Positions 38,757 through 50,446 of a DNA stretch of 64,000 nucleotides are shown here, one piece after another. The DNA lies in assembly GCA_050575255.1 (NCBI GenBank), contig JBNZDD010013631.1:1289925-1353924 (forward strand). The letters are read 5' to 3'. The translations under genes and the position numbers were made by a program. Every line of letters starts with the position of its first letter. The stretch's first letter is position 1. The DNA comes from Harriotta raleighana (lineage: Eukaryota). The notes under the pieces were generated by a model. That model saw only the letters and a list, made by a program, of their open reading frames with translations, did no database searches and was not told the origin of the DNA.

Positions 38757-38830
38757 ACTCCCTCCCCCACCCTCCCCCCAACTCCCTCCCACCACCCCCC
38801 ACTCCCACTCCCCCCCCACACCTATCCCCC
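38757..38830 (-). repeat. C-rich low-complexity tract (G-quadruplex potential on minus strand)
   Basis: About ten C3+ runs with short spacers. Confidence 0.8.
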
Positions 38831-39051
38831 AAGCTCAGGGTGACAGCAACTGGCTGGGTGAATGTCAGCAGATTGTTGGCACACTCACCAGCATCTTGGT
38901 TAGTGGTAAAGTTTCCCTGCCTTTTCCCCAGGCTCCCCAGCTCTCGCAATCTTGCCCAAAGTCAAGTTGCCGACTGCGCATGGAGGAATGTAGCAGTGTC
39001 TGCACAATGGGTGGAAGTATCCCATTTGCACTTGTGCATAAGTAGTCATAA

Positions 39052-39437
39052 CGATAATAATAATGAAAATAATCCTGGCATTTGGTTTGCCTTATCACAT
39101 TTTTCGAGACGTCTCAAAGCACTTCACAGAATATGCTGTCGAGTGAATTGACTGCATATTTTGTGGATTACTCGCAGCAGTGTCCCACAAACCAGTCATG
39201 GATTGAGTGATCAAAGTACAGTATTATTAATTAATACATTAATTTGTTTGAATGGGTTAATTACCCCCAGAAAGCGATCCGCCAATCGACTAACAAATGG
39301 GTTCCTACTTATTGCTAAATAAGCAGAGGTAGTGTGAAGTAAGGAAACTTGCCCAGTGTCTCTCCCCATCCAGGAATCGAACCCGGGTCTTTTTGCTTGT
39401 GAGGCGAGTTCTCTAACCACTGCACTTCAGGACTCCA
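39052..39437 (-). mobile_element. Full tRNA-Meta-Deu SINE, long variant
   Basis: Minus head ggagtcctgaagtgcagtggttagag...gggttcgattcc; long internal segment present. Confidence 0.92.
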
Positions 39438-41178
39438 GGAGGCTGATTTGCACCTGTCCTGATGATTCTTGGATGACCTGGTGATGGTATGGCTAGTGCT
39501 GGCAGGGGCTTTCAGTAAATCCAAAGCCATTTTCTCAGGCACACCCGATTAATTTCACGCTTTGTTGAATAGCTAGTCCACTTCTGTGCTCGGCTATTGA
39601 AAATTTTTGTGGCATTTAGTTCCTTTTTGTTCTGCAGCACTTCACTGACTATGTCGGCAAAAAAAACTATCAAGCTCAGACTAACCTGGCCAACAATGAA
39701 ACACCAGGAGTCGTTCGTCAATCTTCATGTAATAAAGACACAACTATTTCAGCAATCAACCCAGTTCCTCCACTATTAAAGATGAACTGTTCATTCCGAA
39801 AAAATGACAAACTTAGGTACATCGACACAAACCTGTTAATAGTCACAAGTGTTGTTCCCTAAAATAATTTAGGAGGTTTCCTGGAGTCCTGGTCAACAAT
39901 TTCCGAGGTAAAATTCACTTCACTGCTGTTTCTGTAACTTTGCTGTGCTCAAATTGGCTGCTGTGTTTACCTAGCAAAATATAGTCACTAACCTTCACCT
40001 TTCATGCTGTGATATGTGTTTTGAGACGTCTGGACAATGTGAAAAGCTACAATATTTGATGCAAAGATTATTTTATTATTGCAATGCTGCGATCTATAGC
40101 CTGCTTTTTGGACGAACAACAGTTGACATTTTAACTACTTAAGGTCACTGAAATGATTACCAACCTTGCAACCAAATCCCTCCCTAAAAGAGCTGAATAT
40201 GTTTGCCACATTTTCAAGAATAACTTGAAAATAACTATTTCCTAACTTTGTAAAAATGGGGAAAATGCAATCATTGTGCCACTAGGGGATGATATAATAA
40301 TAAATTATGCAAATTAATTAAATTTTCCCAGGCAATTTAGGTTAATTAGAAACTCAATTCACCCTAGTAAGTGAAAATAAGCAAGTACTATCTTTATTAA
40401 GCTTGGAGCGTAATTGTTATCGCATTAGGGCTAACATATCAACGCATGTTAATTAGATGTAGTTTACATATTAGATTTAGATTAATTAAGATATAGGTTG
40501 TACTCCACAAGTAAAAAAAATTATTCATTACTTCAGATTCAGAATATACATATGCATACAATTACACGGAATGATACAGCACAGAAATAGGCCATTTGAT
40601 CCAACTAGTCTGTGCTAACTGCACAAAGTAGTACTGTATATCAGGTATACCATATACAGAACTTCACTTAAATCTAACATATCTATGACAATTTTGCATC
40701 ATTAAATTTGCCTGGTAACTTGAAAGAAGCTACACATAGGGTAAAAACTGTTTTGGGGGTAATAACTGGAATACACTCAAAGTATATGTTTAGTATACCG
40801 CATAACATCTTGCTGATTAAATTATGCATTTTCTATGCATTATTCTGGCAGATTCAATAAAATTTCTCTTTTCAATGTTTGGCATAGATGCCGGGATAAA
40901 GTGCCATCTTTATTAATCTTCGCTAATTTGGGTCTTTTGTTTATGAGACACTTTTCTTTTTCAAACTGTGTGAGTTATCACAGCGGAAGTAAGTAGTTCC
41001 CTTCAAATCAAATCCTCTTCAAAACACCACAACATTAGTGGGTTCCAATAGCAGGATTGTGTTTCAGACGACCTCCTAACATGAAAGGCACAAGTGTAAT
41101 ATTGTCCTTGTGTTTACTTTTAGTAGTGGAATTATGATAGCTGTGCTGAAAGCCATTCTTTCCCAGGACCTTAAAACA

Positions 41179-41494
41179 GTGGAGTTCTGTAGCTCAGTGG
41201 TTCGGCTATTCACCTCACAAGACCCGGGTTTGTTTCCTTACTCCACATGCGCCTCTGTTTACGTTGCAGCAAGTAAGGAACCAGGTTGTACGTCTTTTCC
41301 AGGTAGAATAATTCTTTTTATATAAAAATTGATCACTCAATCCACAATTGTTTGTGGCACACTGCTGTGCACAATTGGCTGCCGTGTTTTACCCACAAAC
41401 ATACAGTCTACTTCACAGCATGTTCTGTGAAGCGCTTTCAGATGTCTCGAAGACGTGATAAGGCCCTATATCAAATGCTACGATTATTATTATT
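41179..41494 (+). mobile_element. tRNA-headed SINE with deletions
   Basis: tggagttctgtagctcagtgg; gcctctgtttac; Deu 3' part; tail. Confidence 0.88.
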
Positions 41495-44400
41495 AATCCA
41501 ATCTCTAAACTTTTAAACCCAATCCTTAGCAACACGTAACTGTTAGATATATTGTTTAATCTCCATCTCACCTGCTCTTCTTTTAACACGCTTGCACCCA
41601 ATCATGTATTGCCTTGGCCATTCATCTAAGGATTTCAATTTAAAAAATTAAAGTTAGTGTATCTTTGAGGTTTTTTTTATTAACATAGCTAAAAACAATG
41701 TACCCTCGTACATATCTATTTTGTTGAGAGGATGTCTCCTCATCTTTCCACATCAAACATAGATTCATTGGCCACTTACTCATGTCTGGTTCAATTGACT
41801 ACGGTATCTACTTTTAATGATTTGAAAACACAGCAATAACAGCAATAATAGAATTACACACTTTTAATGTCTGTAACAAAATCAATTGGCATTTTTTGTC
41901 TGCAGTAGGAAGCTAATGGATGTTGAAAACAAACAGTCTTCAAAATATGAAAGCAATGAAAATCCAGTTTTAAAATCTCCAGTGAATCAAATCTCTGAAC
42001 ACTGTCAATATTATGACAAGTAAATATAACTTTACAAAAGAAATTCAAATGTGTGTCATTTAGAGACGCTTCAAAAAATCCACTCTTTTAAGGACACATA
42101 TCACACTGATACAGTATTGCGCTGACAATGGTTAAATCTCAGACACCTATGCTTATTTAATATATAATAATAATCCTTGCATTTTATATAGTGCCTCATT
42201 TGAATATTTTATGGGTAACCTCAATGCTATTGAATGGCAAATCTTGCAGGTAACCCTGCTGTTTCTTTCTATAGATGTCGGTTTGGGTTTTTGGGTTCTG
42301 GAACCCAGCCAAAGGAAACTCCTACTGCTCGACAGTAGATCAGCAGTCCAGCCGTGTCCCTGCTCTGCTATTTTCAAACCCTTTTACAAAACAATTCAAA
42401 TTAGATCTCAGTTATAGAGGCCTGAAGTCGTTCATAGCCTTAGCCTACATTACTATTCTGTCTCACAATTTACGATCGATCAGAATTGCGTTAACATTTT
42501 TTTTTTTTTTTAATTCAGCCTTAATTTGGAAACCAGTTCTTAAGCTTCACCTTTCGAATTGAGACTTGATTTACAATTTCTATCCAATTCCGAGCGATCT
42601 CAAGCGATCGCACATTCAGTGTCATTGTCTTAAATGTTCCGGGGGAAAAAAAGACGATCTGCCAGACTTAGATCAGGTGACAATGGGAGTCTCTGTGGTT
42701 TAATGAATCAGAGCAGCAATTCACATCACCCAAAGGAATAGATGAAAAGGGGTTCAAAGTGTGCCCATTCCAATGAGGTCCTGATCTCAGTCACGTTGCT
42801 GTAGACTAGAGAGAGATGTAAAGTAAGAGAGGGCTTCTGCCTCTCCACAGTCTGAGGATAGTAGATTAAATGTCCAGACTGCTTTTGCACGCTTCCCTGC
42901 ACCCAAGCTCCAGAGCAGCATTGACAGAAGTCACCAGCCCGACCTCCTCAGGTGCACTAGGTTTGGGGCACTAAAGAAATCATAAAGGGGAATGGAAAAA
43001 TTGTGTCGACAGGCTGCCCTAGAAATTAAACGATTATATATGGCCAAACCTAAATGACTCCTTTATGTAAACCCTTTTCACAGATTGTTCCTAGATGAAA
43101 CAGCGCATTTTCTGTCAGTTAAAGAAAGTCTATAGCTGCATGCTCGGATTATTGCAAGGGGTGGTCTGCAATATTAGTTCCATAAGAAAAGTTTTACAAA
43201 GCCCTACTTATTACCCACAATATGAAATATGTCTTCTCATATAAAGTGTCCTCTGCGAGTACGTTAAAAGAGTTTTCCTACAGTATCCCTATAGTTACCA
43301 CAGCTCAGGTCATAATTTTTTCACTTGAGGCATTCTAAAAATAACACTTCACAGTGTCATCTTCGCAGCATGTAGCAACTGATTGATCTCAGAGACTTAA
43401 GAGATCTTTTTCCTGAACCTGGCAGCAGTGCAAGGGGTTAAACAAAGCCTCTAATATCAGAACATCTTTTGTGTAAAAGTTCAAACGTTGAGGTCATTTG
43501 AATGAAACAATCGTAGCTTTCCAATGTTCCTCGTTTCCTGAAATTATGAAATTAGCTTCCAATGGAAAGTCACCAAATATTGTACTTACTTTTTACATTA
43601 CCTCCCTTGAAACAAATGCCCCCTTAATCGAGCTAAAGCATTACCAATCATGTATTTTTTTTTAAAAAAGAACATAATTGGAAATACTGCAGAACGACCC
43701 TCCTTGCATTGACCCAGTAATACAGTTATGGAGTTTCTCTGAGTGACAGAAAAGGTGATGTTTTCATCTATTAATCAAAACCTTCAGCACCTCGATTAGC
43801 ATCTTTCAGCAAATTATCTCCTCACAAGCATATTCTCCTTCATCATAAGAGAGCCTGTCCTATCCAGATGTAATAGTTAGAAGGACTGACCTAGATAGCA
43901 TCACACTGTACTATCAGGTGACAAATGAAGACTGATGACTTATTCCAACTTTCCCTACTTAATATATGACCAAAGGGACTAATGTGTTCAGGGGAATTGA
44001 GAAGGGGATGTTCTACAACACATTATATTGAAAACCCCGGGTGTGTGGGGTCAAAGCGCATATTGTAGGATACAGACAAGGTTAAAAAAAGCAACAGGTA
44101 TGAATGAGAAGTCAGGAATAAATGGTTATCTGAGACAAAGCTTTTCGATATGAAAGCCTGTGGATTCTGGGTGAGATGGCTGAGTGAGTTAGGTACCTCA
44201 CTAAAGTCTTGAAGTGATGTTACATGTAGGTAATGAAGACTGAATTAACAAAGAGGTTCTCTCTACATCTTTTGCCTGCACTGTTTTCGATTAAGTCCAC
44301 TCTCGTGTAGGTCAACTCTTTCTGTGGGCAGCACACTTTACAGCATCTTACCAAGAATTGGCTACAGGAGCTCAGGATAAGCTGTGAGCCCCTGACAAAG

Positions 44401-45124
44401 TCGATTTCCCCGCTCACAGCACTCCACAATCCCCCACGCTCTCCGCATACGCGACCAGATAGTAACTCTCCACCCATAGTAACTGTGTCAAGCAAACAGT
44501 GCAAGAAGCCGCAAGGCCTGGCACACATGTGCGTGAAGGCTAGTGGTGGGACGTCCTCCTGACGTGAAACGCGCTCTATAAATGTAATTTTGTTGTTGTT
44601 GTTGTTGTTGTTGGTGGGGGAGTTACTGAATTTGAAGCAGAGGAGGAAGCTGTTGTGGCTGCAATCAATGACTGTTGTCCTGAATACTGAGGTTCCCAGG
44701 TTACTGAAGCAGGCCATCGTCTATCTTTTAACATTGACAATAAAAGAGACTATGAAAATCTTCCCCCAATAAAATAACAATAATAATCCTTGCATTTGAT
44801 ATGGTGCCTTATCACTTCTTCGTGACGTGTTATTTTATGGGCAAAAATATTTACAATATAGGGATAACAGTTGATGTCCTTTGTGCTGTGAGAATGTGCA
44901 GACATTAAGGGAACTGGAAATTTCGATTTTTAAAAAAAAAAGTTGTTGTGGGAAAATAGTTAGCAGATACACAGATATGTTGTGGTCAATAGTCTTGTGG
45001 CTGTACAGAAAGTATCTAAGTTTCTATGACAAAGATGGACATTTTCACACTTGTTAGGATTACCAGCATCTGGCTCTGATTGAGTAAACGCTAGTTAAAG
45101 TGGGTAAGAAGATTTCATGATTTC

Positions 45125-45665
45125 AGGAAGTTCTGATGAATCGTTTCAAAATACTGGTTGGACCTCTGCTGGAGTACTGTGTTCAGTTCTGGGCACCACA
45201 CTTTAGGAAGGCTGTCGAGGCATTGGAGAGGGTGCAGAGGAGATGTACCAGGATGGTATCAGGAATGAGAGACTTCAGTTATCAGGAGAAGTTAGAGAAG
45301 CTAGGATTACTCTCCTTGGAACAGAGAAGGTTAAGAGGAGACTTAATAAAAGTTTTCAAAATTATGAGGGGATTCAGAAGGGTGGGGGGGAACAAAGAAA
45401 AACTATTTCTATTGGTGAGTGGGATGGTAATCCAAGGACAACAATTTAATACAGTTAAAAAAAACACGGAAGGGAGTTCAGGAGAAATTTTTTTTATGCA
45501 TCGAGTTGTTCAGATCTGGAAGGTAGGAAGTTATTGGGGTGTGTTGGGGGGTGAGATGGGGGGTAGAGGGTGGAGACTGTTTGCAGGGCTACGAGTAGAG
45601 AGAGAGCGAGTGGAATTGATTTGGGCAGCTCTTTACACAACCATAGTTTGGTCTTGTTTTTGATC
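45125..45665 (+). mobile_element. CR1 LINE ORF2 C-terminal fragment
   Basis: LEYCVQFWAPHFRK...LERVQRRCTRMV...LEQRRLRGDLIKVFKIMRG, the classic CR1 motif. Confidence 0.97.
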
Positions 45666-45814
45666 ATCTCGATGACATTTGTTAACGATGTGATAAGTAA
45701 CACAATTTGCACTTCACAATTTCACTTTTTTTTTTTTTTTGAAGTGGTTCGTGTGTCTGATTCTTGTGGATCACCCCACTTGAGAGTGTCCAATACAAAC
45801 TACTGGAAGCTCTG

Positions 45815-46005
45815 CATAAGCATTGGCCATTTACAATACTGACTCTACATTTAGTGGGTGAAACGCAGCAGCCAATTGCACACAGCCATGTCCCACAAGC
45901 AGTCATCAATCGAGAGACCAAATAATTTTGTTGTACATTTTGAATCAAGCGCAGATCCTCTCGCTTGCAAGGCGAGTGCTCTAACCACAAAGCTTTAGGA
46001 CTCTT
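45815..46005 (-). mobile_element. SINE with large internal deletion
   Basis: Minus head gtggttagagcactcgccttgcaagcgagagg joined almost directly to the Deu 3' part. Confidence 0.8.
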
Positions 46006-47379
46006 CACGTCCGGAATGGAATGTGCGCTCTCCCATTGGATGGGCTGGCCCCCACTCTTCTTACCTAACTCTGGATAGTATGAGGTGCAGTTTGGTGAGA
46101 GCCAAGGATTGCGGATGCCACATTGTGTTTTGGAGTTTAAGCGGCTAAAACTCCACAGCTTGCCATTCTGAGCGTTGTCTGGTATGCTTCCCACTGTACG
46201 ATCACTCTGCTACTGGTTACTTTTACGAGTGCCGTGTACATACTACAGTTGTAATAAAGGCAACGTATTTGAAATAGCACAAGGGACGTGTAAAGAAACA
46301 GCAGAACGTTTACCCCAGCCCATCATTACAAATTCCATTTAAATGAAATCTCCCAATTAAATGTAGTATACGGTGTAATTTGCACGTAAGCAAATAACGT
46401 CAATAGCACAACATTCACTGAAGACGCAAATGGCTTGTTTTAACTCCCTGATAAACTGCAGCAAAAGAAATGTTGTCCTCGTTGAACTCTCCTCAGAAGC
46501 TCTACTTGATTAAAATGGGTTTAGGTTAAATAAGGTTAGGTATTTTGTAGACTTCTGGATTTACAGAATAGAACATTCTAAATCCATGATCCTGTCCTCT
46601 GCATGATTTAAGGGGCCTGGCTGCCAATGAGATGTATTCAGTAAGTCATTTAAACTGTTAACATACCACAAAGAAGCTTTGAAGATCTTTGACAGTCAGA
46701 GATAATGAACAGAGCAATAAGTTTCTAAGGTGTCTTGTAGGCAGCAATCCACCTTGTGCAAGCAAACATCCTGGCAGTCATTCGACATGTTGTGTCCCAA
46801 ACTCTGTAACTCTACTGTATCCTGAATTATTATTTTCTAGCAGAAATCTGTGTAACTTGTTCGTGAAATAAACAGCATTTTCTGCTTCCACTATCTCCCT
46901 AGGGAGCCTGTTGCATAGGTTTACTACTCGCTCACTATAGGTTTACGTAGATTTATTTTTGAATTTACCTTCAATCGCAGACCATGTCCTCTGGTTTTAC
47001 TGCTCAGTACAAAATAAAATTGAGAATAAGAAGAATACGAACCAAAGGATTGCAGCAAACACTTTGATGCGTTTCTAAACACATTTTATTGTTCCTTATT
47101 TAAGGAACCCTTTTAGGAACACATCTGGTTAAGCAACTTTCTCCACTCAGGAGCACAATGCCACCATTTTATTGTTACGTTCAATATTCTTTTGAAAATT
47201 TTCATTGTCTGTTTCAAATTTTCTCCCGGTAAAATTTTTGTCTTCACTTCAGACTTCACAGATATGATTTTGTTTTACCTTTGCTTTTGTTTCTAAGGAT
47301 TCACGTGCTTTAACAGGGCTTAAAATTGTGCTTTTCTGAAGCCACATTATCTTTTAGTCTCCCTCCCAACATTCCCCCG

Positions 47380-47512
47380 TTCACAATGAAGGGTCGCAGA
47401 CCCAAAACGTTGACTCACTTCCCATTCTGCATAGATGCTGCCTAACCTGCTGAATGTTCCCTGCAATTTCAGTTTTGGTTTCAGACTTCCAGCATCTGCA
47501 GTATTTTGCTTT
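47380..47512 (+). mobile_element. Penelope-like fragment with decayed hammerhead-like core
   Basis: atgaaGGGTCgcaGACCCaaAACGTTgactcac...atagatgctgcc...ttccagcatctgcagtattttgc; aligns to the 11313 and 37448 copies. Confidence 0.85.
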
Positions 47513-47759
47513 AGCGATTGGCCCTGAGCAGACTACATTAGTACTAACGTACTAGGCAGGTACACATTTGAAGCTCAAGCAACATCTGAAAAAAAATGAG
47601 ACGTTGAGCGACTCACGCCACAGAGTGTTTGTGGTGAAAACAGACTTTGGTGAAGTGAACATTTAGCGTACCTAGAAAGCAAGAATCATATGAGGTCAAA
47701 GAGTTAACAGTAATAAAGCGTACTGTTTAAAAGCAACCTTAGTTATGGTAATGAAAATA

Positions 47760-47832
47760 AGAAAACAAATTACTGTGAATGCTGAAAAATCTGAAATGAA
47801 TGTCACACATGATGGAAATCTATACCAGTAGA
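47760..47832 (-). mobile_element. Degenerate Penelope-like 3' stub
   Basis: aaaacaaattactgtgaatgctgaaaaatctgaaa resembles the reverse complement of 47478-47510. Confidence 0.55.
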
Positions 47833-49159
47833 TCCATTAATGATTTAGATGTTATTGGCCCTAAAACAATCTTCTTTATAGACAAGGTAGGTCTTACTTT
47901 TTGGGCATTTTTCACGTGGAACTATTTCTTAAGCAACTGTAGTGTTGTATTTGTAGGGAAATTTGCAGGAGCCATGCACTGAATGGTCAACTGGCCAGTG
48001 CTCCTCTCAACACAACCTTTATTATCAGCCTTCGAACCCACAAACGTTCTGATAGCAAAAGCGTGAAGGCTACCAAATAAGCCAAGCTGACACCGAGTCT
48101 GGTATCATTAAAATATTTGTATACCGTATTCCCTCACAAGATCTAGGCTGTTTTCGCTATTGACTAACTCCTTTTAACCAATGTTTCGTGTGATCCCAAT
48201 TAAATACCTCACCACAATCTGAAGAATTTTCAAATATAGGCTGATCATAAATCTTATCTAAAGCAATATACTTAAATGTTTAGCAATAGTGGTAAGGCTG
48301 AATAACTTTGGCTGCGTGTAATCCAACCACAATGCTTTACTGTACGAGTGCATATACAATAACATCCCAAACACAGTTTATGAAAACAAATAATATACAT
48401 TTATTATCATAGAAGTGCTTTCCAAACCAATGACAGTTACAAAAAAAGGTTGTCAATAATCAGCCATTCAAACATTCAAATAGATCCTGCAGAATATGCT
48501 GCAAAAATAGAAGAGATCGCCATAAGAAAATCCGAGTCAGACCCGATAATTTAGTTCTCCTTCTGCTCATCAGAACTCCCTATCCAAGCTCCAGATCATC
48601 CAGAACTTATTACTGTATTATTATCTATGAGCAAGTCACTGCCATCCTCGTTTGGACCCACTGGCTTCCAGTCATCTTGTTAGTTCCAAAGTGAAAATGA
48701 ACTAATTCTCTTTCATACATGCTAACAAAATATGGCAGAAGTTCCACAAGGGTCTAGACTTAGTCGAGAGAAACAAGTTTCAATATATCCTCTAGATAAA
48801 ATGACTCGTTTACTTCATAGCACTTTGTGGGACTTTCTGGCAAACTCAGTCATTACCCTTCACAATAAATCCTGTGAAGCACTTTGATACTCCTAAAATG
48901 AAAGGTGGTACATCAATTGTAAGGATTGGTGTTATTGTTGTAGAATTGCTTTCTTTGTGTTTCATCCAGGGTTTGATAAATTGTTAAATAAAGCCTCAGT
49001 TTTGAACTTTTTGTTTGTTTTTTATCATTTCTTTCAAGAATTACAGAATAACAACTTCAAAGTTAGGACTGAATTCAAAAATTCACTGAATGCTCTAAAA
49101 ACTTACATAGTAAAACAGCATGCGAGTAAACCTTGTCTACAAGGTGGAATTCCTCCCTA

Positions 49160-49400
49160 CATCTAACCCTATCACTTGCCTGGGTAATCTATTGAACACA
49201 AATCATTCTACACAATCACGGATCTCTGTGTAAAACTACCGCATATAAATCTGAACTATCCTCTTCTGTATTTGAGTCAGCGTTCTCTGGATCTTGATAT
49301 GCCAACTTTTAAATGCACTGCTGAGGTCCAGTTTATCTATGGCTTTTATAAGATTGTAATTACTCCAACGGTATCTCTCTCCAGAACCTTCTTGTCTTTA
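49160..49400 (-). mobile_element. Old CR1 fragment
   Basis: Weak similarity to the reverse complement of the CR1 C-terminal region at 45300-45520. Confidence 0.45.
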
Positions 49401-50104
49401 ATTCTAAGGTAACGTACTGAGTGTAGTTATGTTTCGAGTTTGTTAGTACAGTACACTCGATGCACTTTGCGAGTGGGTGACCTCTGATTCCTATCTGCTT
49501 AGAGTTTAGATATTTTTGTTCCTACTTAGGCTACAATGACGCATGGCTCTGTTTTGATCGTTCACTAACTCACGTCAGAGCTATTGGACGAAAGTCGATT
49601 GTAAACAGCCCATTTGTCATTGACGGTTGCCAAAATCTTTGATCTGAATCAAGCACACATCTGGAGTATCCTTAAGAAAAACCACACGTGGACACAAATC
49701 ATTGGGTTAAGACACATTTTTTTTCTGGAACAGTTTAAAAAAAAGCAGGTAGTGAAAGAAACCAGAATGACATTTTAATTCTCTGAATAATCTCCAATAG
49801 CAGTAAAAAAAAATCATCTCTTGTATCAATTTGGCTTCTGTATTTTGTTTGTTGACTTTGTAAAGATTTTAGGAAATAAAGCAATGGAAATATTTAAGGT
49901 CAAAACTAGTCATGGAGAAGTTCAAATTAATTTATTTTTAAAACATTAGCTAAATAACTATTCTTCCTTTATACATTGCTTATAATAATCATGGTAATAA
50001 TCTTTCTTATACAGCAACTTCTCACATCTTTAACATATCTCAAAGAGCTTCATTGCACAAACTGTCTATTTTTAATTGTATACCGTAGTTTATAAACAAA
50101 ATAT

Positions 50105-50446
50105 ACACTGTGGACTAAACGAAAGGTCCTGGATTTAATTCCCGATTAGGCAAAACTTTTGTCAAATTTTCTTACTCCACAAACCCCTGTTTACCTAGGA
50201 GTAAATAGGAACCCGGCTGTTAGTTGATTGGTGAATTACGTTTCTGTGGGTAATAATCCCTCAAAAATAATAATAATTTGGTCACTCAATCCACGACTGT
50301 TTGTGGGACCATGTTGTACACAATTGCCTGTCGTGTATCGCCCACCAAACATACAGTCAATTCACTTCACAGTAGATTCTGTGAAGCACTTTGAGATATC
50401 TGAAAGATAGGTTAAGACACTATATCAAATGCAAGGATTATTATTG
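50105..50446 (+). mobile_element. Meta/Deu SINE, long variant
   Basis: cttactccacaaacccctgtttacctaggagtaaataggaaccc; Deu 3' part; tail. Confidence 0.88.

Noticed and set aside
38587-39151. 152-174 aa proline-rich ORFs
   Set aside because: The open frames arise from a C-rich low-complexity tract, and one runs into a SINE.
45136-45663. 175-aa ORF as a host gene
   Set aside because: It is a 5'-truncated CR1 ORF2 fragment that degenerates toward its 3' end; no sign of domestication.
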